From an uncultured Candidatus Rokubacteria bacterium (GTDB lineage Bacteria > Methylomirabilota > Methylomirabilia > Rokubacteriales > CSP1-6): 64,000 nucleotides of DNA. The stretch is from NCBI GenBank assembly GCA_963771355.1, contig CAVYTA010000005.1, positions 32,001 to 96,000 of the forward strand. The letters run 5' to 3'. The notes beneath the pieces are model-generated. The model worked only from the letters and a program-made list of their open reading frames with translations. It was not told where the DNA came from and made no database searches. A program made the translations under genes and the position numbers. Positions 31,559 through 43,102 of this stretch are shown here, piece by piece (positions within the stretch are counted from its first letter, which is position 1; every line of letters starts with the position of its first letter).

Positions 31559-32764
31559 GTGACGGGAAGCGAGATCGCGCTCGCCGAAGCGACCGCCGCC
31601 GCGGCCTCGCTCCAGCAGGCCCTCCCCCCTTCGCTACACCCGCTATTCGGCGGCTCGTTCCTCCGCTCCTGGGACCTCTACGATGAGTTCGTCTCCCGGC
31701 TGACGCTCCGCGTCTTCGAGGGCGCTGGACTGGAGGCGGCCATGCGAGAGCCGGGCAGCACGTCGGACGTCGCGGCCCGCGCGGGCCTTGATCCGGGACC
31801 GGCCCTGATCCCGCTCGACTGGATCCTCCGGCAGCTCGCCGCGCGGCAGCTCCTCGAGGAAGTACGCGCCGCCGAGGGCACCCGCTGGCACCGGAGCTCC
31901 GCGCCGCTTCCCGCCCTCGATCCCGGCCCCATCCGCGAGGAACAGGCCGCGCTCGATCCCTCGTGGCTGCCGGCCTATACCCTCGCGGAGACGGTGGCGC
32001 GGGACTACGTGCGGTTCCTCCGGGGTGAGGTCGCGGGGGAGGAGGTCTTGTTCTCGCCGGCCCGATTCCGCCTGTGGATCGACTACTTCTCCAATGCCAA
32101 CGGCCTCTATGCCGTGAACAACCGCGTCGGGGCCATCGCCGTGGCGGAGTGGCTGCCTCACCCCGGGGCCACCATTCTGGAGCTGGGCGGCGGGCTGGCG
32201 AGCGCCGCGTGCGCGCTCCTGGAGGAATTCGCTGCCGCGGGTCGTCTCGGCGCGCTCGGCGCCTACCACTTCACGGAGCTGGTGCCGGCCTTCCTCCGCC
32301 GCGGGCAGCAGACGCTCCAGGCACGGTTCCCCGATCTGCCCGGGCTCACGTTCGCCCCCCTGGACATGAACCGTCCATTCGAGCCGCAGGGCGTGGCGCC
32401 CGGCAGCCGGTCCGTTGTCTACGCCGTCAACACCCTCCACGTGGCGCGCGATCTCTACTTCACGCTTGGCGAGATCCGTGACGCGCTCGCGCCGGGAGGG
32501 CGTCTCGTCTTCTCGGAGTGCGTGCGCATGCAGCCGGGGCAGCCGCTCAACGCGGAGTTCATCTTCAACCTGATGGCGACCTTTCGGTCGCAGCGTCCTG
32601 ACACACCCGGCCAGCCGCCGGCGGGGTTCTTGCTGCCGGGCCAGTGGAAGGCGACCCTGGAGACCGCCGGCTTCACCGACGTTCGTTTCTTGCCGGACGT
32701 GCTGGCGTTCAGCGAGCGCTTCCCCCGCTTCCACGCCGCCGCCATCGGCGCGACACGCCCGTAG
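31559..32764 (+). CDS. SAM-dependent methyltransferase resembling a PKS C-methyltransferase domain
   Basis: ILELGGG, YHFTE, AVNTLHVA, LAPGGRLVFSE. Confidence 0.75.
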   Translation: MTGSEIALAEATAAAASLQQALPPSLHPLFGGSFLRSWDLYDEFVSRLTLRVFEGAGLEAAMREPGSTSDVAARAGLDPGPALIPLDWILRQLAARQLLEEVRAAEGTRWHRSSAPLPALDPGPIREEQAALDPSWLPAYTLAETVARDYVRFLRGEVAGEEVLFSPARFRLWIDYFSNANGLYAVNNRVGAIAVAEWLPHPGATILELGGGLASAACALLEEFAAAGRLGALGAYHFTELVPAFLRRGQQTLQARFPDLPGLTFAPLDMNRPFEPQGVAPGSRSVVYAVNTLHVARDLYFTLGEIRDALAPGGRLVFSECVRMQPGQPLNAEFIFNLMATFRSQRPDTPGQPPAGFLLPGQWKATLETAGFTDVRFLPDVLAFSERFPRFHAAAIGATRP

Positions 32765-32874
32765 CGCACCGCGGCGGGATCGTCTTTCCCCACTCATCGA
32801 GGGCCGATGTGGGCCCCGAGGACGGGGAAAGGTCAAGAACGGCGCGGGCCTGGTTGCGGTAGAATCCTACCGCC

Positions 32875-33690
32875 ATGCTCATCCGCTTGGCCGTCTTCTT
32901 GGCCGTCTTCGCCATCGTGGCCCCGGTGGTGGTGGCCCTGATCGCCACCGGCCTCACGCGCGCGCTGGCCTCGGCGGCACCCCTGACGGCAGTCCTCCGG
33001 CGGCCCTCGCGGGGGCCCGCGCTGCGGTTCGGCGTCGATACCTTCGCCTTCCGGAACGACAGCCGCATCCATCATCGGGGCAAGCCCGACCTGTACGCGA
33101 ACTGGTGCTTCGTGATCGCGCGGGCGGTGGTCCAGTTCCAGCGCTTTGCCCGCTTCGAACCGGACGCGCCCCGCCTGACGCCCGCCGAGTACACCGCGCT
33201 CGTCCGTCGCATCACCCGGCGGCCGGCCTGGTGGACGCCGCTCCCGACCCACCGGCGCATCGTGGTGCCGGGCTTCGCCTCACTCCACGAGCTCACCCGC
33301 GACATGGAGAAGGCGGTGAAGGCCGGCCTCCGCGGGCGGCTGTGGACTCTCGTCCACTGGTCGAACTGGCGGATGGTCTTTCCTCACCCGCACGGTCAGC
33401 AGGAGCGGGTAGCCGCCGAGGCGGTCTCCGAGCTGCAGGGAGGGCGGCCGGTGCAGCTCTTCATCACGGACTTCCCCTGGATCAAGCTCAATCATTCGGT
33501 CCTGGCGTACGACTACACCGAGCGCGCGCCCGATATAGTGGACTTCGCCGTCTTCGACCCCAACGACCCCCAGGGGCCCGGCGTGGTTCGATTCGACTGT
33601 CGCGCGCAACGGTTCCGCCCCGCCCCCCTCTGCGGGGTGGCGGTGCCCCAGTTCCGGGCCTTCCGGCAGTACTGCTCTCCTCTCTACTGA
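32875..33690 (+). CDS. membrane-anchored hypothetical protein
   Basis: N-terminal TM; Cys (NWC), His (NHSVL) and DPN pattern weakly reminiscent of papain-like folds. Confidence 0.55.
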   Translation: MLIRLAVFLAVFAIVAPVVVALIATGLTRALASAAPLTAVLRRPSRGPALRFGVDTFAFRNDSRIHHRGKPDLYANWCFVIARAVVQFQRFARFEPDAPRLTPAEYTALVRRITRRPAWWTPLPTHRRIVVPGFASLHELTRDMEKAVKAGLRGRLWTLVHWSNWRMVFPHPHGQQERVAAEAVSELQGGRPVQLFITDFPWIKLNHSVLAYDYTERAPDIVDFAVFDPNDPQGPGVVRFDCRAQRFRPAPLCGVAVPQFRAFRQYCSPLY

Positions 33691-33718
33691 GCGGCGCCTT
33701 CGGCCAGAAAGGGATCCC

Positions 33719-34828
<1,110 letters not shown>

Positions 34829-34838
34829 GCTCGATGCT

Positions 34839-35654
34839 CTAGCCCGCGGTCCGCAGGCCGCTCAGCAGGTAGCGCTGCAGGAAGAAGACGAGCAGAAAGG
34901 TGGGCACCGAGACGAGTACCGCGGCGGCCATCACCATGCCCCAGTGCACGCCGGTCTGCTCCACGAAGCTGGCGAGGCCGACGGGCAGCGTGAACATCTT
35001 CCGGTCCGTCTGTAAGAGAAATGCGAAGGTGAAATCGTTCCAGGAGAGCGCGAAGGAGAAGATGGCCACCGAGAGGATGCCCGGCCGGGCCGAGGGCAGG
35101 CACACCTGGCGCAGGGCGCGCAGGCGGCTGGCGCCCGACACCCACGCCGCCTCCTCCAGCGACTGGGGCACGATCTGGAAGTACTGCCACATGAGCCAGA
35201 TGTTCAGCGGCAGGCTGATGGCCATGTGGGCCAGGATCAGACCGGTATACGTGTTCCGCATCTGGAGCGCGGAGAAGAGGATGTAGAGCGGGATGGCCAT
35301 CAGCATGGGCGGGAACATGTAGGAGAAGAGCGTGCCGAAGGCGAAGGTCTTCTTGCCCGGGAACGCGAAGCGGGTGAGGCCGTAGCCGGCCAAGGTCGCC
35401 GCAACCACATTGAGCACGATGGCGCCCACCGCCGCGATCAGGCTGTTCACGAAGTACCGGACGAACTCGGTGGCGAAGAGCAGCTCGCGGTAGTTGCCCA
35501 GCGAGAAGTCGAGGCGGAAGAACTGGTAGGGCGGCCGGAACAGGGCCTCCCTCGGCGTGAACGAGGTCAGCACCATCCAGTAGAACGGGAAGGCCACGAG
35601 CACCAGCACCACCAGCAACAGCGCGAACGGCCCGTAGATCTGCAGCCGGCTCAC
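34839..35654 (-). CDS. CUT1 ABC permease
   Basis: EEAAWVSGAS EAA loop, SWNDF; GTG overlaps the upstream stop. Confidence 0.9.
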   Translation of the reverse strand: MSRLQIYGPFALLLVVLVLVAFPFYWMVLTSFTPREALFRPPYQFFRLDFSLGNYRELLFATEFVRYFVNSLIAAVGAIVLNVVAATLAGYGLTRFAFPGKKTFAFGTLFSYMFPPMLMAIPLYILFSALQMRNTYTGLILAHMAISLPLNIWLMWQYFQIVPQSLEEAAWVSGASRLRALRQVCLPSARPGILSVAIFSFALSWNDFTFAFLLQTDRKMFTLPVGLASFVEQTGVHWGMVMAAAVLVSVPTFLLVFFLQRYLLSGLRTAG

Positions 35655-36547
35655 CGCCCCACCTCGATCTCCTTGGTGGGGTCGAACAGCCTGAAGTAGA
35701 CGACCGCGCCCACCAGCAGCACCACGAACATCACGCTGCAGGCCGCCGCGGCCAGGCCGAAGTCGAACTCCTCGAAGGCCAGGCGGTAGGCGTAGAGCGG
35801 CAGCGTCTCCGTGTGCTTGAGGGGGCCGCCGTGGGTCACCAGCCAGATCGAGTCGAACTTGTTGAACATCCAGATGCCCCGGAGCAGGGCGATCACGATC
35901 AGCGTGGTGCGCAGGTTGGGCAGGGTGACGTCCCAGAAGGCGCGGAGGGTGCCGGCGCCCGAGACGGCAGCAGCCTCGTAGAGCTTGGGGTTGATCGCCT
36001 GCAGCCGGGCCAGGATCAGCAGGGTGGCGAAGGAGCCGTACTGCCAGCCCGCCATGCCGATGACCGACCACATGGCGGTGGCCAGGCCGCCGAAGAAGTT
36101 GATGGGCCGCGCGACCGCGCCGGTCTGCATCAGGATCTGGTTGACGACGCCGTACTCCTGCGAGAGCAGCCACTGGAAGATCAGCGCCACCACGATGGAC
36201 GGCAGCAGGTACGGCAGCACGAACAGGCTGCGCACGAAGTTGAGCCCGCGGAAGGCGCGGTTCAGCAGCAAGGCTGCGACGAGGCCCCAGACGAGCTGGA
36301 GCCCGACCGCGCCCAGCGTGAAGACCACCGAGCGCCAGAAGGCGTTCCAGAGCTCGGGCTCTTCCAGGATGTAGCGGTAGTTGGCCAGCCCGACCCACTT
36401 CATGGCCGGGTTGAAGGCGGTCTTCTTGAAGAAGCTGAGCATGACCGCGTACGCGATGGGCAGGTACGCGATCACCAGGAGGAAGACGAGGGCGGGGGCG
36501 GTGGTGCCGAAGATCCACGCGCGCCGTTCGGTCTGCGCGTTCTTCAT
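35651..36547 (-). CDS. CUT1 ABC permease
   Basis: GLANY, LYEAAAVSGA, THGGP. Confidence 0.9.
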   Translation of the reverse strand: MKNAQTERRAWIFGTTAPALVFLLVIAYLPIAYAVMLSFFKKTAFNPAMKWVGLANYRYILEEPELWNAFWRSVVFTLGAVGLQLVWGLVAALLLNRAFRGLNFVRSLFVLPYLLPSIVVALIFQWLLSQEYGVVNQILMQTGAVARPINFFGGLATAMWSVIGMAGWQYGSFATLLILARLQAINPKLYEAAAVSGAGTLRAFWDVTLPNLRTTLIVIALLRGIWMFNKFDSIWLVTHGGPLKHTETLPLYAYRLAFEEFDFGLAAAACSVMFVVLLVGAVVYFRLFDPTKEIEVGR

Positions 36548-36603
36548 CGGAGGGGGCCTCGACGGCCCCCTCCGACCTGCGGTTGCGCCGGCGAAGCCGG
36601 CGC
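36547..36603. repeat. REP-like double palindrome
   Basis: TCGGAGGGGGCC-tcgac-GGCCCCCTCCGA (perfect 12-bp stem) and GCGCCGGC-gaa-GCCGGCGC. Confidence 0.7.
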
Positions 36604-36627
36604 TCGACGGGGAACTCCTCAAGGGTA

Positions 36628-37947
36628 CTAGCCGGCCCGCCGCATCTTCTTGCGGACCTGGGCGGCAGCCTCGTCGACGACCGCGTCGGACTTCATGCCC
36701 TTGATGTTCCGCATCGCGAGCATCCAGCCGGCCAGATTCTCGTTGTGGAAGAGGCCGATGTGCTGGTTCAGCTCCTTGCCGTCCCAGTAGTAGAGCGGCA
36801 CGCCCTTGGTCCAGACGGAGTCGAGGAACTTCAGGACGTCCATCCGCTTCTGGATCACCGGGTTGTCCTGGTACTTGGCCGAGTGCAGCATTTGCCGGCT
36901 GGCCGGGATGATGTGCAGCGGCACCGCGTGATACCAGGAGATGACGTCGGGATGCTTCATGAAGAAGGTGACGTACTTCTTGGCGCCCTCCACGTTCGAC
37001 TTCTCCAGGATGTGGAAGCCCTGGATGGAGAGGTAGTAGGCTTCGGTCACCTTCTTCGGCAGCTCGAAGGGCACGGTGGCGTCGGCGATCTTGGGGTTGT
37101 TGGCGATGGTCTGGTCGAGCAGGCGCGAGCCCACGTACCAGGAGGTGGCCGCCTTCTCGGTGAAGTAAGTGGACATCAGCTCGCCCCAGTTGTAGGTGCT
37201 GGCCTCGGGCGAGAACTTGTGCAGCTCGTTGAGGTAGTCGAGCGTCTCGATGGCGCGCTTGCGCTGGTTGCCCTTATCGAGCGCCACTTCATATTCCTTC
37301 TTACCCGCGTTCCACTCGAACCAGTGCACGTCGTTCTTCATGAACATGGTCTCGAGCAGCAGGGTGGAGGCGCCGGTCTCCGCGGACGGTACGATGCAGC
37401 CGTACATGTTGGGCGGATCGTTCAGCGCCTTGGCCACTTTCAGGTAGTCGTCCCAGCTCTTGGGCGCCTCGAGCTTCTTCGCCTGGAAGAGGTCCTTGCG
37501 GTACCAGCCGTAGGTGAACTGCTGGCTGGTCGGGATCGAGCGGTCCGCGCCCTTGTAAACCATGCGGAGATTCTCGGCGGTGCCCCCGGTGGCCTTGAGC
37601 ACGTCACCCACGTCCGCGAGCTGGTTCTCCATCGCCAGGTTCATGGCCTGTCCGGCGCCGTACCAGACGATCTCGGGGGGAGTGCCGGCGGCGATCAGGG
37701 TAGCGACGCGCTTCGCGATGTTGGCGAAGCCCGGGTACTCCATCACCACCTCGATGCCGGTCTCCTTCTTGAAGTCCGCGTTGATCTTGTCGTAGACGGC
37801 GATGGCCTTCGGGTTCGACTCCTCGGATACGAACAGCACCTTGTTCTTGTCCTGGCCCCGGGCGCTGCGCACCAGCACCTGAGGCGCCACCGCGGCCGCG
37901 CCCGTGACGGCGGCGCCTTTCACGAACGTCCGGCGATCGATAGACAT
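36628..37947 (-). CDS. Tat-exported ABC substrate-binding protein (family 1)
   Basis: DRRTFVK Tat motif; YRKDLF, APKSWDD. Confidence 0.9.
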   Translation of the reverse strand: MSIDRRTFVKGAAVTGAAAVAPQVLVRSARGQDKNKVLFVSEESNPKAIAVYDKINADFKKETGIEVVMEYPGFANIAKRVATLIAAGTPPEIVWYGAGQAMNLAMENQLADVGDVLKATGGTAENLRMVYKGADRSIPTSQQFTYGWYRKDLFQAKKLEAPKSWDDYLKVAKALNDPPNMYGCIVPSAETGASTLLLETMFMKNDVHWFEWNAGKKEYEVALDKGNQRKRAIETLDYLNELHKFSPEASTYNWGELMSTYFTEKAATSWYVGSRLLDQTIANNPKIADATVPFELPKKVTEAYYLSIQGFHILEKSNVEGAKKYVTFFMKHPDVISWYHAVPLHIIPASRQMLHSAKYQDNPVIQKRMDVLKFLDSVWTKGVPLYYWDGKELNQHIGLFHNENLAGWMLAMRNIKGMKSDAVVDEAAAQVRKKMRRAG

Positions 37948-37951
37948 GGCC

Positions 37952-39460
37952 TCATCCTCCTCGTGGTGTTGCGGGTTGGGCAGCCAGCGCGCGCGCCGTG
38001 AGCGCCGCGCGATCGATCTTGTTCGTCCCCGCCAGGGGTAGCTCGGGGACGAGGAATACGCGCCGCGGATGCTGGTACGCGGGGCCGTGGGCCAGGGCCC
38101 AGTCCTTCACCGCCTGCTCGGTGAGGCCGGAGCCGGCCCGCGCGACCACGAAGGCCACCGGCACCTGGCCCTTCAGCTCGTGATCCACCGGGAGCACCGC
38201 GGCCTGCAGCACGTCCGGATGGCGCTCCAGCGTGCCCTCGACGTCGCCCGGGTAGACGTTCTCGCCGCCGCAGACGAACATGTCGTCGGTGCGGCCCACG
38301 AAGTAGTAGAAGCCGTCGGCGTCGCGCCGGCAGACGTCGCTCGTATCGAACCAGCCGTCCTTCAGCCGCCGGGCCGTCTCCTCCGGCAGGTTGTGATAGG
38401 CCGCCATCACGCCCGGGTTGCGCGTGAGCAGCACACCCTCGTCGGGCCCGGGGTCAAGTCGGATCTCGCAGCCGGCCAGCGGGTAGCCGATCGAGGTAGC
38501 CGGGCGCGGCTTGCCCTCCGGGTGATTCGCGAACATCACCGGGCCCGCCTCGGTCACGCCGTAGCCGTTGGTGGCGACCGCGTTCGGGAACACGCGGTGA
38601 AGCGCCTCGAAGAGCGCGGGCGACGCGGGCGCGGAGCCCACGCCCACGTAGCGGACCGAGCTGACGTCGGTCCGCGCGAGGGCCGGGTCGTTGAGGATCA
38701 GGTGGAACATGGTCGGCACACCGGAGAGTCGGGTGACCTTGTAGCGGCCGATGGACTCCACGTAGAGGCGCTGGTCGAAGCGGGCCAGCAGGACGAGCGA
38801 AGAGCCCGCGGCCATGCCGACCTTGGTCCACACCAGCGCGTTCTTGTGGTAGAGCGGGGCGGCGACGAGGACGCGGTCGTCTGGCGTCATGCGGCGGGCC
38901 TTGACGAGCGCGTCGATCTGCCAGGCTTGGCCGGCGTGGGTGAGGAGCACGCCCTTCGGGCGGCCGGTGGAGCCGGAGGTGTAGGGCTGGAGGCAGACGT
39001 CGCCGGGCGCGGGCTCGACGGCGGCGAAGGGGCCGGGCTTGAGGAAGTCGGCGTAGCCGGTGTCGAAGTCCACCGTTGGGATGCCCGGCGGCGAGACCTT
39101 GCCGTGCGCGGCGTCGATGAACAGCAGCTTCAGGCCGGCGTCGCGGGCAATGAAGGCCAGCGCTTCCGCGGGGAGCTTGATGTTGAGCGGGACCGGGATG
39201 GCGCCGGCGCGCATTGTCCCGTAGAGGGCTTCGATGTACTCCGTACGGTTGAGGGCGAGGATGCCTACGCGGTCGCCGCGGGTCAGGCCGCGGGCGGTCA
39301 GGCCGGCGGCTACGGCGCGGCAGCGTGCGTCGAGGGCTTCGTAGGTGATCTCGCGGGGGGTATCCGGGCGCGAGAGATCTACGATCGCGATCCGCCCCTC
39401 ACCTTGCCCGCTCCCCTGAGGGGGTCGGGAGGAGGGCGCGATCAGCGTTCCGACGTTCAC
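37952..39460 (-). CDS. class I adenylate-forming enzyme (CoA ligase)
   Basis: YTSGSTGRPKG, GYGVTE, GGENVYP, NKIDR. Confidence 0.9.
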   Translation of the reverse strand: MNVGTLIAPSSRPPQGSGQGEGRIAIVDLSRPDTPREITYEALDARCRAVAAGLTARGLTRGDRVGILALNRTEYIEALYGTMRAGAIPVPLNIKLPAEALAFIARDAGLKLLFIDAAHGKVSPPGIPTVDFDTGYADFLKPGPFAAVEPAPGDVCLQPYTSGSTGRPKGVLLTHAGQAWQIDALVKARRMTPDDRVLVAAPLYHKNALVWTKVGMAAGSSLVLLARFDQRLYVESIGRYKVTRLSGVPTMFHLILNDPALARTDVSSVRYVGVGSAPASPALFEALHRVFPNAVATNGYGVTEAGPVMFANHPEGKPRPATSIGYPLAGCEIRLDPGPDEGVLLTRNPGVMAAYHNLPEETARRLKDGWFDTSDVCRRDADGFYYFVGRTDDMFVCGGENVYPGDVEGTLERHPDVLQAAVLPVDHELKGQVPVAFVVARAGSGLTEQAVKDWALAHGPAYQHPRRVFLVPELPLAGTNKIDRAALTARALAAQPATPRGG

Positions 39461-39468
39461 CCGCCTGG

Positions 39469-40452
39469 TCACGGGATGACGATGACTTTGCCGAAGACTT
39501 CGCGGTCCTGGAGTAGGCGCATGGCTTCGGCCGATTCGGCGAGGGGGAAGACGCGGTCGATGATGGGCTTGATGGTGCCGCGCTCGACCTCGATGAGGAG
39601 GGCTTCGAGGTCTTCGCGGGTCCAGCCGTTGGCGCCGATGATGTTGACCTCGCGGCGCCAGATGTAGCGGATGTCGGTCTTCGGATCGAAGCCGGCGGTG
39701 GCGCCGCAGGTGAGCAGGCGGCCGTGCGTGGCCAGGGTGCGCAGGCTCGGCACCCACGTGTCGCCGCCGGTGTAGTTCACGAGCACGTCCACGCCCTTCT
39801 TGCCCGAGATCTCCCACGCCTTCTTGGAGAAGTCTTCCTTCGTGTAGTCGATCACGTAATCCGCGCCCAGCTCCTTCAGGCGCCGGAGCTTGTCGGCGGA
39901 GGAAGCGCATGCGATCACCCGCGCCTTGAGGTTCTTGGCGATCTGCACGCAGCCGGTGCCGACGCCGCCGCTCGCACCCAGGATCAGCACCAGCTCGCCC
40001 CCTTGCAGCCTCCCGCGCGTGATCATCATTCTATAAGCGGTGCCGTAGGCGATGGGGAGCGACGCGGCCTGCTCGAAGGTGACCGCGTCGGGCATGTGGA
40101 TCAGGTTCTCGGCCTCGACCGCGATGCGCTCGCAGAGCCCGCCGTTGGCGTGTTCGCCCAGTGCGCCGCCCGGCTTGATGTGCGGGTCGATCAGCACGCG
40201 CCGGCCGACCCATTCGCGCCCCACCCCGGCGCCGACCGAATGCACCACGCCTGAAATGTCGCCGCCCGGGATGCGCGGCATGGTGACGGGCAGGCCGGGC
40301 ATGCCCTGGAGCACGAAGATGTCGAGGTAGTTGAGGCCGCAGGCCCTGACGGTGACCACCGCCTGGCCGGGCCCGGCGGCGGGCTCGGGCCAGTCCGTGC
40401 GGAGCCGGAGCTGGTCGAGGCCTCCGTGGGCGTCGATGGCGGCGGCGCGCAA
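39469..40452 (-). CDS. MDR family (zinc-type alcohol dehydrogenase/quinone reductase-like) oxidoreductase
   Basis: GLNYLD, GASGGVG, CGATAG, FGKVIV. Confidence 0.9.
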   Translation of the reverse strand: MRAAAIDAHGGLDQLRLRTDWPEPAAGPGQAVVTVRACGLNYLDIFVLQGMPGLPVTMPRIPGGDISGVVHSVGAGVGREWVGRRVLIDPHIKPGGALGEHANGGLCERIAVEAENLIHMPDAVTFEQAASLPIAYGTAYRMMITRGRLQGGELVLILGASGGVGTGCVQIAKNLKARVIACASSADKLRRLKELGADYVIDYTKEDFSKKAWEISGKKGVDVLVNYTGGDTWVPSLRTLATHGRLLTCGATAGFDPKTDIRYIWRREVNIIGANGWTREDLEALLIEVERGTIKPIIDRVFPLAESAEAMRLLQDREVFGKVIVIP

Positions 40453-40458
40453 TTGTTC

Positions 40459-41034
40459 TTATCTGGGGGGGAGCGGCGCCGCTCCTCCCCCAGACCCCCC
40501 CACCGCATTGCTTGTCCGGTGGGTGCTAGCTTCGGCGTGGTGGCCAGGGCGGCGCAGCTCGAAGCGGAAGTCGCAGTGCGAGGCGCCTTCCATCACGGTC
40601 TGCGTGCGCGTCAGCTTCACCGCGGGATTGAAGCCTTCCACCAGCGAGAAGTCGCGGTTGCAGGAGAGCAGCGCGCCGATCTCCGGGATGCCGAGCGCGC
40701 GGTACATCTCGGCGTAGCGACAGCGCGTGACGTTGAACGAGAGCTTCTCGTCGGTCTGCTCGAGCACGTCCATGCGGTAGGCGTCGCCCTTCTTCCAGTC
40801 CTCCAGCGCGCCCGCGAAGTGGGTGAGGCTGTCGCCACCCACGCGCCCCGCCAGCTCCTTGCCCTGGGCGCGCGCCACGTCGATGATCACCTGGCGCGCG
40901 GTCTCGAACACCTGCTCATGGCCGTACTGGGCGCCGAGCGCCTCCAGCACCGGCATCAGGATCCGCGCCTCGATCTCGCGGCGCTTGAGGACGCCGATCT
41001 CGTTCAGGTTGTCGGGAGGCATGGGGGGGCTCAT
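40459..41034 (-). CDS. L-2-amino-thiazoline-4-carboxylate hydrolase family protein
   Basis: FNVTRCRYAEMY, LSCNRD, RTQTVMEGASHCDFRF. Confidence 0.85.
   Translation of the reverse strand: MSPPMPPDNLNEIGVLKRREIEARILMPVLEALGAQYGHEQVFETARQVIIDVARAQGKELAGRVGGDSLTHFAGALEDWKKGDAYRMDVLEQTDEKLSFNVTRCRYAEMYRALGIPEIGALLSCNRDFSLVEGFNPAVKLTRTQTVMEGASHCDFRFELRRPGHHAEASTHRTSNAVGGSGGGAAPLPPR
40462..40494. repeat. GC-rich palindrome (REP-like)
   Basis: TCTGGGGGGGAGCGG-cg-CCGCTCCtCCCCCAGA. Confidence 0.6.
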
Positions 41035-41045
41035 GGGGTCTCCTC

Positions 41046-41473
41046 TCAGGGCTTCCGCTCGGTCTCGTCGGCAGGCGGTCGCGGCGAAGCGTAACACGCG
41101 CGGCCGACGGCGACCAGCGTGCCCAGCGAGTCGCGGATCTCCACGTCGGCGACGCTGACCGTCCGGCCTACCCGCACCGTCTTGCCGACCGCGGTGAGGT
41201 CGCCCCGACGCGCCGGACGCAGGTAATCCACCCGCATGTCGATGGTCGGCACGCCCGGCGCGGTCTCGGTGATCACCGCGTAGTCGCCCGCGATGTCGGC
41301 CAGCGCGCTGACCACACCGCCGTGCAGCCAGTCGGAGCCGTCGTTGCGCAGGAACTCTTCCCGGTAGGGCAGGCGGATCTCGACCTTGCCCTTCTCGGCC
41401 TTGATGATCTCGAGACCGAGGAACCGCATGAACGGCGAGTGGCGGAAGCTCAGGTTGTCGACGTCCGGCCCGC

Positions 41474-41477
<4 letters not shown>
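41046..41477 (-). CDS. PaaI family thioesterase
   Basis: LHGGVVSALAD, TIDMRVDYLRPA. Confidence 0.9.
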
Positions 41478-43006
<1,529 letters not shown>

Positions 43007-43014
43007 TCCGGCCG

Positions 43015-43043
43015 ATATTGCCTTCCCGCCCCGCGTCCGTCAA
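43015..43043 (-). promoter_or_regulatory. sigma70-type promoter TTGACG-N17-CAATAT, 8 nt before ATG 43006 (leaderless)
   Basis: Box spacing; no Shine-Dalgarno. Confidence 0.55.
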
Positions 43044-43102
43044 GACGGCGCCGGGCGTACCGTAGTAACGCCCGTTGAACCCGTTCAACCGCGGCGAGGG
43101 GG

